IMG/VR virus record: IMGVR_UViG_3300047564_003701
Span: 11,687-75,686 of that record
DNA: 64,000 nt
Source: a virus
Taxonomy: Duplodnaviria > Heunggongvirae > Uroviricota > Caudoviricetes
Direction: 5' to 3' (one strand)
Made by a program: the position numbers and the translations under genes
The notes under the pieces: generated by a model
Told to the model about the DNA's origin: nothing
The model's input: the letters and a program-made list of their open reading frames with translations, nothing else
Databases searched by the model: none
Shown here: positions 9,751 to 19,415 of the stretch, in pieces
How the letters are laid out: each line of letters starts with the position of its first letter
Position numbering within the stretch: the first letter of the stretch is position 1

Positions 9751-10046
9751 TCTCTTTCTAAATTAATCTGTAACGGAAATCCGTTCAATCTAGAAAGTTT
9801 AGTAGATTCTACTGATTTGTGCTCAGCTATTTCGTAATTAAAAACACCTACTACAGCGGAGCCAGTGTTGTGTATTTCTAGAGTGAGATCTTTAGCAGTA
9901 TCTTCTCTATGTTTAAAAATCGAAGTTAACAACTCAATGACGAATTCCATAGGTGTTTGATCGTCATTTAAAAATACTACTTTCCATAAAGATGGAGGTT
10001 GCAGATTAACTTTAACTTTTTCTTCTGTTTTGATTTCTGTGCTCAT
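9747..10046 (-). CDS. clpS: ATP-dependent Clp protease adaptor ClpS
   Basis: PPSLWKVVFLNDDQTPMEFVIELL...HNTGSAVVGVF matches the ClpS core ([24 protein letters not shown]). Confidence 0.8.
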   Translation of the reverse strand: MSTEIKTEEKVKVNLQPPSLWKVVFLNDDQTPMEFVIELLTSIFKHREDTAKDLTLEIHNTGSAVVGVFNYEIAEHKSVESTKLSRLNGFPLQINLERE

Positions 10047-10088
10047 TAGTTGCTCCGGTAATAGTAGGGGATTTCTCCCCCACTAATA

Positions 10089-10526
10089 TTACTTAACCTC
10101 TACGATATCGATTACCTTAGGTTTGGCAGACTCTGGAATATTTCTTACCAATTTGATAGAAAGCATACCATTTTGTGTTTCTGCACCAACTACCTCAATA
10201 TATTCTGCTAAAGGAAATTCCTTAACAAAATCACGAGTAGCTAGACCTCGATGTATGTATACCATATCAGTGCTTTCATTTGATGTTTGACTTTCGCCTT
10301 TGATGATCAGCACGTTGTCTTCTACGGTTACATTGATTTCGTCTTTCTTGAAACCAGTAACAGCGATTTGAATCTCATACTGATTCTCACCAGTTTTGAG
10401 AATGTTGTGTGGGGGATAATTGTTAGAAACGCTGTTAGCGAATCGTCTTTCCATTTGGTCAAACATAGTGTCGAAACCAATAAGTGCTCTATTAATGGCG
10501 TCTAGTCTTGCTAGTTGATTGTTCAT
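10089..10526 (-). CDS. small heat-shock protein (Hsp20/alpha-crystallin family)
   Basis: IbpA/Hsp20 layout: NYPPHNI...YEIQIAVTGFKKDEINVTVEDNVLIIKGE...IHRGLATRDFVKEFPL...GMLSIKL. Confidence 0.85.
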   Translation of the reverse strand: MNNQLARLDAINRALIGFDTMFDQMERRFANSVSNNYPPHNILKTGENQYEIQIAVTGFKKDEINVTVEDNVLIIKGESQTSNESTDMVYIHRGLATRDFVKEFPLAEYIEVVGAETQNGMLSIKLVRNIPESAKPKVIDIVEVK

Positions 10527-10530
10527 AATA

Positions 10531-10569
10531 ATCTCCTTATAAAGTAAGATGAACTGGGCTCTATGCCCT
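10531..10569 (-). promoter_or_regulatory. conserved ~40-nt upstream element (copy 1, 5' of hsp20)
   Basis: 20-nt block atctccttataaagtaagat plus 14-nt block gggctctatgccct. A near-identical element lies 5' of dnaK at 12671..12710. It includes the SD AAGGAG and a GGGC..GCCC mini-hairpin. Confidence 0.45.
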
Positions 10570-10570
10570 A

Positions 10571-10762
10571 TTACTGACCCTCACCCGAGTGATCTGTAAT
10601 TCTGTTTTCTGTTTCTTGAAGAGTTTCTTCTGCTATAAGTTTAGAAACTTCTTCAATTACAGATTGTTCTTGTTTTCTAAAGACAGTATCCCAATTAGAA
10701 TCGAAAGTTTTTTTATCGACGCTATATGGACGCGGTCTACTACCTTTACCTGCCTCAGCCAT
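10571..10762 (-). CDS. hypothetical small protein
   Basis: 63-aa ORF 3 nt downstream of dnaK. It is not DnaJ or GrpE-like. Confidence 0.35.
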   Translation of the reverse strand: MAEAGKGSRPRPYSVDKKTFDSNWDTVFRKQEQSVIEEVSKLIAEETLQETENRITDHSGEGQ

Positions 10763-10764
10763 TT

Positions 10765-12666
10765 TTATTCCTTCTTTTCTGTAAACGTAGCATCTACTAC
10801 GTTATCATCGGATGGATTATTGCCGGTTGCTTCTTGAGCTGGCTGACTTTCTTTAGCCTGCTTTTTTTCTAACAGAGTTTTCATTGCCGGATAAACTTTG
10901 TTAAGTTCTTCTGTGATCTTATCTTTGTCGTCGCCCTTTGTGGCTTCTCCAACAGCATTGATAACATCCTCAAGTTGCTTAACTTCATCTTCAGTAAGTT
11001 CGCTACGATACTCTTCAAGATCTTTTTTAACTTCGTGCATCTGAGCTTCAGCTGAATTCTTAGTATCGATTAGTTCTCTAGCTTTCTTATCTGCTTCGGC
11101 ATTAATCTCAGCATCTCGAATCATTTGTTCAATTTGTTCTTTGCTTAGACCGGAATCAGACTTGATGGTGATCTTATTTTCTTTGCCTGTATTTTTATCT
11201 TTGGCAGAGATATTCATGATGCCATTGGCATCAACATCGAAAGTAACTTCGATCTGCGGAAGTCCTCTACGGGCCGGAGCAATGCCTTCTAGATTGAATT
11301 CGCCTAACAGTTTATTGTGTTGAACGAGTTCTCTTTCTCCCTGGACCACTTTGATAGTCACGGCAGGCTGATTATCTTCAGCCGTGCTGAATGTCTGACT
11401 TGCTTTGGTAGGAATCGTAGTGTTCTTTTGAACCAGTTTAGTCATTACTCCGCCTAACGTTTCGATACCTAAACTCAGAGGAGTAACGTCAAGTAACAAT
11501 ACGTCATTGCGATCGCCGCCCAACACAGCACCTTGGATAGCAGCACCAACTGCTACTGCTTCGTCTGGGTTTACATCTTTGCGTGGTGCCTTACCGAAAA
11601 GTTTCTCAACTTCTTCTTGCACTTTAGGCATACGTGTCTGACCGCCAACAAGAATAACTTCGTCAATGTCAGCAGCAGTAACACCTGCGTCTTGCATAGC
11701 GATGCGGCAAGGAGCCAGTGAACGATTAATAAGATCTTCGACCAGGCTTTCTAATTTTGCCTTTGTTAATTTTACTACTAGATGCTTAGGACCACTTGCA
11801 TCGGCTGTGATGTAAGGTAAGTTAACTTCTGTCTGTGTGCTGTTTGATAATTCAATTTTGGCTTTTTCAGCAGAGTCTTTTAAACGCTGAAGAGCTAATA
11901 CATCTTTAGTTAAATCAACGCCTTGTTCTTTCTTGAACTCCTCGACCAAGTAGTCCATAATGCGTTGATCGAAGTCTTCACCACCTAGGAATGTGTCGCC
12001 ATTCGTTGACAATACTTCAATTTGTTTGTCGCCATCTACATTCGCGATTTCAATGATCGATACATCGAAAGTACCGCCACCAAGATCGTAAACAGCAATT
12101 TTTCTGTCAGCTTTATCTTGCTTATCAACACCATAGGCCAATGCAGCCGCTGTTGGTTCGTTGATGATACGCAGAACTTCTAAACCTGCGATCTGTCCCG
12201 CATCTTTGGTTGCTTGACGTTGTTGATCGTTAAAGTAAGCAGGCACAGTGATCACTGCTTTAGTTACTTCTTGACCAAGATAATCTTCTGCGGTCTTTTT
12301 CATTTTACGAAGAACTTCTGCAGAAATCTGTGGAGGTGCCAATTCTTTGCCCTGTGCTCTAACCCATGCATCGCCGTTTTTACTTTCCATAATTTCGTAT
12401 GGCATCAGGTCGATGTCTTTTTGTACAGCCTGTTCTTTAAACTTACGTCCAATCAATCGCTTGGCTGCATAAATTGTATTTTTGGGGTTAGTGATCGACT
12501 GTCTTTTCGCCGATGCACCTACAAGGATTTCGTCGTTGGCATAGGCAACGATACTAGGTGTAGTACGAGTACCTTCTGAATTTTCAATAACTTTGGAAGT
12601 TCCATTCTCGACGATAGCCACGCAGGAATTGGTGGTGCCGAGGTCAATACCGATGATCTTAGACAT
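10765..12666 (-). CDS. dnaK: molecular chaperone DnaK (Hsp70)
   Basis: Full-length Hsp70: [23 protein letters not shown], the substrate-binding domain and a C-terminal lid. Confidence 0.95.
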   Translation of the reverse strand: MSKIIGIDLGTTNSCVAIVENGTSKVIENSEGTRTTPSIVAYANDEILVGASAKRQSITNPKNTIYAAKRLIGRKFKEQAVQKDIDLMPYEIMESKNGDAWVRAQGKELAPPQISAEVLRKMKKTAEDYLGQEVTKAVITVPAYFNDQQRQATKDAGQIAGLEVLRIINEPTAAALAYGVDKQDKADRKIAVYDLGGGTFDVSIIEIANVDGDKQIEVLSTNGDTFLGGEDFDQRIMDYLVEEFKKEQGVDLTKDVLALQRLKDSAEKAKIELSNSTQTEVNLPYITADASGPKHLVVKLTKAKLESLVEDLINRSLAPCRIAMQDAGVTAADIDEVILVGGQTRMPKVQEEVEKLFGKAPRKDVNPDEAVAVGAAIQGAVLGGDRNDVLLLDVTPLSLGIETLGGVMTKLVQKNTTIPTKASQTFSTAEDNQPAVTIKVVQGERELVQHNKLLGEFNLEGIAPARRGLPQIEVTFDVDANGIMNISAKDKNTGKENKITIKSDSGLSKEQIEQMIRDAEINAEADKKARELIDTKNSAEAQMHEVKKDLEEYRSELTEDEVKQLEDVINAVGEATKGDDKDKITEELNKVYPAMKTLLEKKQAKESQPAQEATGNNPSDDNVVDATFTEKKE

Positions 12667-12670
12667 ACAT

Positions 12671-12710
12671 ATCTCCTTATAAAGTAAGATCTATTTGGGC
12701 TCTATGCCCT
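12671..12710 (-). promoter_or_regulatory. conserved ~40-nt upstream element (copy 2, 5' of dnaK)
   Basis: Same 20-nt and 14-nt blocks as at 10531..10569, with a 6-nt instead of 5-nt spacer. Confidence 0.45.
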
Positions 12711-12744
12711 GTAAATTGCCCTATGGTACAATTTACGATTTTAT

Positions 12745-13329
12745 TTATCTCTGGTTAGCTAGCGGCATAAACAATTTACCGTTTAGCCCGGAACTAGCAG
12801 TTCTTAGAGATTTAAAAACATTCTGTACTCCTACAGCCTGATTCCACGCATCTTCTAAGGCGTGATGCTTGAGTACCGGAGGACGCTTTGGGTCTATTCC
12901 GAGATCAAATAATGTGCGGGTATCACGAACTTCCCAAAATGACCAAGGAACAGCTTTACCAATTTTACGAAATAAATTTTCGCAGATAATCACATCAAAG
13001 CCGGCACCGTGACTCCAAACACGTTTGGCGCCCCAACAGAACTTATAAAGTTGAGTCATTGCATCAACAATATCAATCCTGTTGTTAGGATCAAACGCTT
13101 CGTCTTGAGCAGCCTGACTTTGACTTGCCCACCAATCGAGTGTTGCCTGACTAACTGTACAACCTAAACGATCACAACTGTCTAGATCAACCCTAACGTA
13201 AAATTTTTCGCAGGTAGGATCTTTTAAATCATCTCCGAAAGGATCAAATTTTACTGCTCCAATAGTTAAAATAGTAGCAGTTGGGAGAACATCTAGAGTC
13301 TCCATATCAATCATTATATCTGTAAGCAT
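12745..13329 (-). CDS. DEDDh-type 3'-5' exonuclease (DnaQ/RNase T-like)
   Basis: Exo I motif MIDMETLD and a C-terminal H....D motif (WSHGAGFDV). Confidence 0.6.
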   Translation of the reverse strand: MLTDIMIDMETLDVLPTATILTIGAVKFDPFGDDLKDPTCEKFYVRVDLDSCDRLGCTVSQATLDWWASQSQAAQDEAFDPNNRIDIVDAMTQLYKFCWGAKRVWSHGAGFDVIICENLFRKIGKAVPWSFWEVRDTRTLFDLGIDPKRPPVLKHHALEDAWNQAVGVQNVFKSLRTASSGLNGKLFMPLANQR

Positions 13330-13366
13330 TATATTATTATAAATTCTTTCTATTAAGATGTCAATG

Positions 13367-14386
13367 TTATTTTACAAATATATCGTTGATCTGTCTGTTC
13401 ACACGAATAAATGTGGTACATTTGGATAATTGTTTTAGACTAGGAGCTCCGACATAGGTACAGGTACTGCGTAAACCACCTAAAAGATCTAATACAGTAT
13501 TCTGCACCGGACCTTTGTATTTTACTTCTACAGTGCGTCCTTCTGAACTACGATATTCAGCAACACCTCCACTGTGTTTATTCATAGCAGTGTCTGAACT
13601 CATTCCGTAAAATGTTACTTTGCCGTCTTTGATTTCGCCACCGCCTTCGTCGTGTCCTGACAGCATACCGCCTAGCATTACAAAGTCCGCGCCAGCGCCG
13701 AAAGCCTTAGCAACATCACCAGGGCAAACACATCCACCATCAGCAATAATATGAGCGCCAAGACCGTGAGCGGCATCGGCACACTCAATGATAGCACTAA
13801 GCTGTGGGTAGCCCACACCAGTTTGGATACGAGTAGTACAAACGCTACCAGGGCCAATGCCCACTTTAATAATATCTGCGCCACGTAAAATTAACTCCTG
13901 TGTCATATCTGCGGTAACCACATTACCGGCGATAATAGTTATGTGAGGATATGCTTGTCTAACTTTAGAAACATATTCTCCAAAATGTTCACTGTATCCG
14001 TTAGCTACATCGATACAGACGAAATGAATTTCTGGATAAGAATTTACTATCTGTCTTAGTTTAAGAAAATCTTTGTCACTGGTTCCTGTGCTGACGGCAA
14101 AATAATTTCCGCCAAACTTACCTGTTAGATCAAAAAGATCGTCTTCAGCATAGCTCTTAACCAGACAAGTAAACATCTGATGTTTATACAATTTTCGAGC
14201 CATATCTATTGTACCCACACCGTCCATATTGGAAGCCATGATAGGTACACCGGTCCATTCAAAGCCACTGTGTCTAAATTTATATGTTCTTGTAAGATCT
14301 ACTTCTTTGCGACTACTTAGAGTAGAACGCTTTGGTCTGATGAGCACATCACGGAAGTCTAGCTTGACTTCATCTTCGATACGCAT
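13367..14386 (-). CDS. guaC: GMP reductase
   Basis: N-terminus [26 protein letters not shown] is almost identical to E. coli GuaC. IMPDH/GMPR TIM-barrel motifs ([11 protein letters not shown]). Confidence 0.9.
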   Translation of the reverse strand: MRIEDEVKLDFRDVLIRPKRSTLSSRKEVDLTRTYKFRHSGFEWTGVPIMASNMDGVGTIDMARKLYKHQMFTCLVKSYAEDDLFDLTGKFGGNYFAVSTGTSDKDFLKLRQIVNSYPEIHFVCIDVANGYSEHFGEYVSKVRQAYPHITIIAGNVVTADMTQELILRGADIIKVGIGPGSVCTTRIQTGVGYPQLSAIIECADAAHGLGAHIIADGGCVCPGDVAKAFGAGADFVMLGGMLSGHDEGGGEIKDGKVTFYGMSSDTAMNKHSGGVAEYRSSEGRTVEVKYKGPVQNTVLDLLGGLRSTCTYVGAPSLKQLSKCTTFIRVNRQINDIFVK

Positions 14387-14398
14387 TTGATACCTTTC

Positions 14399-14626
14399 TT
14401 AGAAAAGTTTTGGAGGAAGTTGTTGCGAACGTAGTTGTTTGCGCCAACGTGCTTTCGCAGCACCTTTCTTACGCTTACGTTCTGTGGTTGGTTTTTCGTA
14501 GAATTCTTTTTTACGTAGGGTATCTAGAATTCCCGATTCTTCTACTTTTTTCTTAAAACGTCTTAGAGCCTGATTGATGTTTTCATGCTCTTTTACAAAT
14601 ACTTTTGAACCTTTGATAATATCCAT
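14399..14626 (-). CDS. rpsU: 30S ribosomal protein S21
   Basis: [35 protein letters not shown] matches bS21 (ALRRFKRSCEKAG...[13 protein letters not shown]). Confidence 0.85.
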   Translation of the reverse strand: MDIIKGSKVFVKEHENINQALRRFKKKVEESGILDTLRKKEFYEKPTTERKRKKGAAKARWRKQLRSQQLPPKLF

Positions 14627-14630
14627 ATTT

Positions 14631-15029
14631 TTATAATGTCGAATTTAAAATTTTTGTAACATCGTCTGCATTGTATATATTCCTGTTATTGATCGGCGAT
14701 AAATTTTTTAATGTTCCAAAATAATAAGAATATTTTTGTGCGGACATATAACCTATTATAATATCATTTTCACTATCTGCATTAAAAATTATTATATCAC
14801 TTTTGTGTTTTTTATCCAATAACCAATCTACAGAATCTCCTGATCTCCAAATATACGAAACAATGCTACTGAATCCATCTGACTGTGCTAAAGAATCAGA
14901 AACTATTTGATTTTGGTCTGTATTGAGATCTACTAGTAATAATCTTAGACCGTCTACTTGGATGTCATCTGGGTCTGTAACTAATATAACACTGTCTGTC
15001 ATTTTTTGCTTTCTTGTATCCGACTCCAA
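14631..15029 (-). CDS. hypothetical protein
   Basis: 132-aa ORF. Alternating acidic and hydrophobic beta-strand pattern. No confident domain. Confidence 0.4.
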   Translation of the reverse strand: MESDTRKQKMTDSVILVTDPDDIQVDGLRLLLVDLNTDQNQIVSDSLAQSDGFSSIVSYIWRSGDSVDWLLDKKHKSDIIIFNADSENDIIIGYMSAQKYSYYFGTLKNLSPINNRNIYNADDVTKILNSTL

Positions 15030-16555
15030 ATGGTATTTTCATTTTGTTCGGCATTTTGTTTATATCCGCTCAGAGTTCCTTGGATTTCTTCACCTGTTGA
15101 AGGCCTTCCCTCTCCATCCAAGTCACTACCTTTTTTTTTAGAAGTTTGCTTTTCAAGTTGTTCTTTGGCCCACTTGGCTGCTTCTATGGCAGCTTCGTCT
15201 TCTGCATTAACGAAGTCTGGTTTAGCTTCAAGATATTCTTCCCAGGGTAATCTATCGATCACACCTTTTTCAAAAAGTTTTCTTTGCATTTTTAAAGAAC
15301 TTTCAGGATTTGCAGATTTCCATCTCGCCATTGCTTCTTTTTCTGAATGGGCAGCGTTCTCTAAAATTTCGTTATCTTCTATTTCTTTTTCTTCTTCGAC
15401 TGCTTTTTCAGCTTCTTCTAACATCTTGTTCCACTTGTCAAGATTGGATTCTTTCTCTTCTAGAGATTCGATTTCTTCTTCGGGTTCTGGTTTCTTATCT
15501 TCCCAGGGCTTACCTTCCGGATATACGTCGTTATCATCGGCTAGAAATTTAAAATCATCGTCTTTGGTTTCTTCTTTGATTTCTGCAACAGGAAACGGCC
15601 AGGGAGAATGTACATAACTACTTTCTTCTACTGGCTCAGACGCACTATTCAATTCGTGTATGTCGCTGGCCATTTCCTCGCCAGACAGGTCATTTAATGT
15701 TTTTTCTGAATTCTGTTCTTCTTCTTGTTTACGGAACCATTGAAAACTATATTGGCTTGCCAACAACAAAATAACTGCCAGTGGGTCGAATACCGAAACA
15801 ATAATGATGATGACCCAAGTGACAGCTTTCTCTAGGATGTTAGCATCAGGATTGTCACCGTAGATAAAATTAGCAATATATTTTATTGGTCCAACTTCGG
15901 CTTCGACTTTGCGGACTTCTGCGGCGATAGGGGCTCGTTCTTCGTTGAGTTTAGCAATAGTACTCTGTGACCTAGAAATATCGTTTTGGAGTCTAGTTCG
16001 TTCTGCTTGTTGTTGTCTGCGGATTTGAACTGCACGTTCTGCACCGCGGTCGTCGGTGCTGCGACTGAGCCTTTCATTAACTTGAGAATCCATTTGAGTA
16101 AGTGCTTTACGAGCCGCATCGATATTCTCCCGTTCAGTTTTAATCTTTTCGTCATAGACGGCGATCTTAGCCATTACATCGCCCGAAACTAAACCAGCAT
16201 CACTGTGTGCTTTGCTTAAGAATCCAAAGATACCCATACTGGTGATGAGCATCAGAATAGCAATGGCTATTAATAGATATGTTTTTAAAAACCTAGGGGC
16301 TATCGACCAATTTTGTTTTAGCCAAACTGTAGCAGATAATTTGCCTACTTCTAATACCACTCCCATAACCATAATCGGTATGGCAGCGGCAGCAAAGATG
16401 CTGACTAGGCCTGCTACAGAATAATAAATGGCCACGGCGGAAATTGATAATCCGCTGAGTAATGCCGACCAGGCTATAATTTTATCGCTAATATTGGTTT
16501 TCATTGAATTAATATTTATCGACCAACCATCTCCAATTATTATGCGCATTTTCAA
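14999..16555 (-). CDS. hypothetical membrane protein with coiled-coil and highly acidic C-terminal region
   Basis: N-terminal transmembrane helices, a central heptad-rich segment and an E/D/K-rich tail. The antisense Ser-rich ORFs inside it are probably spurious. Confidence 0.4.
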   Translation of the reverse strand: MKMRIIIGDGWSININSMKTNISDKIIAWSALLSGLSISAVAIYYSVAGLVSIFAAAAIPIMVMGVVLEVGKLSATVWLKQNWSIAPRFLKTYLLIAIAILMLITSMGIFGFLSKAHSDAGLVSGDVMAKIAVYDEKIKTERENIDAARKALTQMDSQVNERLSRSTDDRGAERAVQIRRQQQAERTRLQNDISRSQSTIAKLNEERAPIAAEVRKVEAEVGPIKYIANFIYGDNPDANILEKAVTWVIIIIVSVFDPLAVILLLASQYSFQWFRKQEEEQNSEKTLNDLSGEEMASDIHELNSASEPVEESSYVHSPWPFPVAEIKEETKDDDFKFLADDNDVYPEGKPWEDKKPEPEEEIESLEEKESNLDKWNKMLEEAEKAVEEEKEIEDNEILENAAHSEKEAMARWKSANPESSLKMQRKLFEKGVIDRLPWEEYLEAKPDFVNAEDEAAIEAAKWAKEQLEKQTSKKKGSDLDGEGRPSTGEEIQGTLSGYKQNAEQNENTIWSRIQESKK

Positions 16556-16997
16556 AACAGGCAGTCTGCGTCATAACCTTTTCTGTATCATATGCAATAA
16601 CCTGCATATGAATTCTCCTACAGTATCCAGAACCAGTAGGCCACGTCATTACAGGCACTGCTAGACCACTGGCCCTATTCTGATACCATTTAACTGTTTG
16701 TCCGTTTTCTGCAAACATCACTGCGTGTGTCACAGCTTGATTATGAGCCGCTTTTTCTTGGGGGTCTAGGGTTTTAAACCAACCAAAAGAAAAATCCATC
16801 ATATGATTTGCAAAGTCGCCGCCGCGATAGTTAAAAAATCTTGGATTATCAACATCGCTGGCAGCGGCATCTATACTACTGAACAACATGACCAATGGTA
16901 TTAACAATTTCCCAGCTACCGTCAGGTTTCTGGCAGCTGATTCCTTTGCGTTGAACATTGCGTCCTCCAATCTGCATCCAATATGAAAATTCGCCAC
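16509..16997 (-). CDS. secreted protein with 17-kDa surface-antigen-like domain (start uncertain)
   Basis: C-terminal 'QTVKWYQN...GSGYCRRIHMQVIAY...QTACFENAHNNWRW' follows the x-W-x-N...YCR...C....W pattern of the Rickettsia 17-kDa antigen C-terminal domain. The N-terminus overlaps the upstream lipoprotein gene, so the real start is probably an internal Met. Confidence 0.45.
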   Translation of the reverse strand: MANFHIGCRLEDAMFNAKESAARNLTVAGKLLIPLVMLFSSIDAAASDVDNPRFFNYRGGDFANHMMDFSFGWFKTLDPQEKAAHNQAVTHAVMFAENGQTVKWYQNRASGLAVPVMTWPTGSGYCRRIHMQVIAYDTEKVMTQTACFENAHNNWRWLVDKY

Positions 16998-17205
16998 AGT
17001 TAGGAGACATTCCTAGTCTTTTGGAAGTAAGACGTTCAATCTGATCGTCAGTACATTCTACTCGGACACGACTGTTAACCTGTTCTCTATTTTCAGTTTC
17101 AATAGTTTGATAGGTATAACAATATTGTGGCTTTTCTGCTACTACCTTAGGGGCCGAACTACAGCCTGCCGCTATTAATGAAACGGCTACGATAGCCGCT
17201 CTCAT
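16876..17205 (-). CDS. lipoprotein, 17-kDa surface-antigen-like
   Basis: Lipobox AAGCSS. 'NCGEFSYWMQIGGRNVQRKGISCQKPDGSWEIVN' matches '[34 protein letters not shown]' of the 17-kDa antigen family. Confidence 0.55.
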   Translation of the reverse strand: MRAAIVAVSLIAAGCSSAPKVVAEKPQYCYTYQTIETENREQVNSRVRVECTDDQIERLTSKRLGMSPNCGEFSYWMQIGGRNVQRKGISCQKPDGSWEIVNTIGHVVQ

Positions 17206-17687
17206 TATCGGGAAGCTTTCTGCTCTTTGGCTTCAGAGATCAACTGATCGAAAACAGACTTAGGCATCTTAAGACGAACGAATGTATAATGACGACCATT
17301 CATTGTAAAATGTCCTACTTCGCGGTTGATGTGTTCACGAATAGTAGTATCCCTTACAACATAAGAAATTTTAGTATAAGTCTTTTTCTTATCGTTGTCG
17401 AAGACGATTTCGGTGTTGCTGTTAACTTCACTATTAATGCGTTTAGCGAAGTTATTCATAGCGATTGCGTACATCTGTTCTTCAGCGGCCTGTGCATGAA
17501 TTGATTCACCGGCGCCGCAGGCGTATGCAAATTCTTTTGACCACCAGAACCATCCTTCGGTTCCTGCTTGCGCACAGTCCTGATACCAACTAGGTTGAGC
17601 ATAGGTCTTGCGTTCTTCAATGCCTTTCATTGATGAGCAGCCAGTAATAGCCGCGGCCATCAAACCAACTACTAATGCCTTTTTCAT
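17205..17687 (-). CDS. hypothetical lipoprotein
   Basis: Lipobox ITGCSS. No confident domain. Possible outer-membrane spanin-like role, by position next to the lysis genes. Confidence 0.45.
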   Translation of the reverse strand: MKKALVVGLMAAAITGCSSMKGIEERKTYAQPSWYQDCAQAGTEGWFWWSKEFAYACGAGESIHAQAAEEQMYAIAMNNFAKRINSEVNSNTEIVFDNDKKKTYTKISYVVRDTTIREHINREVGHFTMNGRHYTFVRLKMPKSVFDQLISEAKEQKASR

Positions 17688-17768
17688 ATTTGCCTTTCTG
17701 TTTGCGGATTACAACAGTAATAATTGTAACAGGACCCAGAGGTCCTGTCAACAGTTCAAATTACCAAT

Positions 17769-18074
17769 TTATTTGAAGAAGATCAATGCCATCATAATAG
17801 CTTGAATTATAAATCCAAAACCTATAGTGATAACATTCAGCATATCTTTTTGGATTGCGGCTTTGACAAACAACAGAGAAAGCCCGCCCCAAACCAAGAG
17901 AACCAAATCTACAGCAGGTAATCGATCAGTTAAACCAGCCATAACTGCTAGTAAACTAGGCATGGTGCTGGCGTGTAGTATGATCACAGCCAACCAGCCA
18001 AAAGTTTCGGCAGAAATGTGACTGATCTTGTTTTGAACGAAATCCTTAAAATCTTTTAGTTCAAAGTTTGGCAT
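17769..18074 (-). CDS. small membrane protein, holin candidate
   Basis: 101 aa with 2-3 transmembrane helices. Its start overlaps the end of the endolysin gene. Confidence 0.4.
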   Translation of the reverse strand: MPNFELKDFKDFVQNKISHISAETFGWLAVIILHASTMPSLLAVMAGLTDRLPAVDLVLLVWGGLSLLFVKAAIQKDMLNVITIGFGFIIQAIMMALIFFK

Positions 18075-18642
18075 ATTGTTCCCTTTCTTTTCCTCGATAA
18101 AAAATGTGTTGGCCGATCTTACCTATCTTTTCGAGAGGCCATCTCGGATTGACATAGGTGGCATGATAATATAAAGCATCTTTGAGAATGTCCAATCGGA
18201 AGTTCTCCAAAAGAACTTTTTTAGCAACAGCGTAACTTTCATTGTAAGCCTCCTTGTTCACTGGTCTTGTTCTGGCAGCAGAATCGCAATGCCAACTAAA
18301 TTGACAAATGACTTTTTCCATCACTACCGTTTTCTGATGCACAACTCCGCAGACATCTTTGGGGAAGGCCGGGTGAGCTACTCTGTTGAGAGTGACTTGT
18401 GCTACAGCTACTTTTCCTTCAAAAGGCTCGTAGCCAGCTTCGCGATAGATATTCATCGCTAGGCATTCTAATTGGCGTTCCCTAGTTTTGATAGAAACAA
18501 CGTCTTGAGAATACAGAGCATTGTTTTCTTTTAATTTTTCAAATTTATTTTGGGTAAGCGCACTCAAACTGTAGGCAAGAAAAAACAAGCCTATAATACA
18601 GGTTAAAAACTTAATTGACTTTTCCATAAGTCCTCCTTTCAT
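18061..18642 (-). CDS. cell-wall hydrolase, SleB-like (Hydrolase_2 family) endolysin with N-terminal signal-anchor
   Basis: AMNIYREAGYEPFEGKVAVAQVTLNRVAHPAFPKDVCGVV...QFSW matches the SleB/Hydrolase_2 core. Has an N-terminal hydrophobic segment. Confidence 0.7.
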   Translation of the reverse strand: MKGGLMEKSIKFLTCIIGLFFLAYSLSALTQNKFEKLKENNALYSQDVVSIKTRERQLECLAMNIYREAGYEPFEGKVAVAQVTLNRVAHPAFPKDVCGVVHQKTVVMEKVICQFSWHCDSAARTRPVNKEAYNESYAVAKKVLLENFRLDILKDALYYHATYVNPRWPLEKIGKIGQHIFYRGKEREQYAKL

Positions 18643-18920
18643 TTGGTGTCACGATTAACTGCGACATTACATTAAGGGAGTAAACTTCACGAGGCTCTTG
18701 AAAGAACCCTGGGTTCGTGTAGTTTGTCTCCATCGGACGCACAATCTCATAACTTGTGTGCCTTTGGAGCCTTGACCGCCCGAATCTCACGGGTTTCTCA
18801 TAGGCCAAGACTCGCGGATCCTTTTCTGCTTTTGACATACTTTGGACCTACTATCTTAGTTTCTTTGCGAAACGTATAATATATAGTTCATCTTTCATAT
18901 TATAGCACGAAAACCGGCGA

Positions 18921-19310
18921 TTATCGACGCATTTTGGCGATATCTACCGCCTGCTCGTCCGAAAAGATTGGAACTGCATTACTCTTATGCATAGTACCAA
19001 TACCTTTAATCTTATCACCGGTATAGACTTTTTGCTCTGGTTTAGTACAAGGGCCACCAGTAAATGGTAGGCTAGGGATCTTAGGTTGATCAGATCCTCT
19101 GTAAAATGGTGCGGGAGTTGACAGAGTCGGAGCAGACATAGCACGTTTCTTACGCTTTTCTTGTTGCTCGATACCCCATTTTTTCAATAAGTCGTTCCAA
19201 TTTTCTTCCAATTGTCTAGCCTTTCGTGCTTCATCTGCATTGCGAAACTTACGTTTGCCTTTTTTCTTTCCCGTAGTTGAAAGCCACGGACCTTCCAAAT
19301 GCATACTCAA
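18921..19310 (-). CDS. hypothetical basic protein
   Basis: Lys/Arg-rich 129-aa ORF. Confidence 0.4.
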   Translation of the reverse strand: MSMHLEGPWLSTTGKKKGKRKFRNADEARKARQLEENWNDLLKKWGIEQQEKRKKRAMSAPTLSTPAPFYRGSDQPKIPSLPFTGGPCTKPEQKVYTGDKIKGIGTMHKSNAVPIFSDEQAVDIAKMRR

Positions 19311-19370
19311 AATAAGCCTCCAAAACTGTTACTGATGTATTACTATAACATCTTTGCAATAGACTGTCAA

Positions 19371-19406
19371 GAAAAACCCGCCTAGGGCGGGTCTTTTGGT
19401 TTTTTG
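19371..19406. terminator. bidirectional intrinsic terminator
   Basis: Perfect hairpin CCCGCC-TAG-GGCGGG flanked by an A-run upstream and T-runs downstream (aaaaacccgcctagggcgggtcttttggtttttt). Confidence 0.55.
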
Positions 19407-19415
19407 ATCTATGTA

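Noticed and set aside
10531-10550. Interpreting the conserved hsp20/dnaK element as a CIRCE (HrcA) operator
   Set aside because: CIRCE is a 9-N9-9 inverted repeat (TTAGCACTC-N9-GAGTGCTAA). The element here has no such symmetry.
12214-12579. Antisense ORFs inside dnaK (also 11141..11323, 11533..11721) and inside nrdA (27042..27320, 27898..28182, 28149..28451, 28309..28587)
   Set aside because: They are embedded in strongly supported conserved genes on the opposite strand.
15006-15617. 203-aa Ser-rich plus-strand ORF
   Set aside because: Antisense to the acidic coiled-coil gene 14999..16555. Its composition is the reverse-complement shadow of the GAA/GAG-rich codons.
18611-18838. 75-aa ORF overlapping the endolysin 5' end
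   Set aside because: No SD, overlaps a supported gene start, and lies in a stretch with unusual GC-richer composition that looks non-coding. It could instead be an RNA element.
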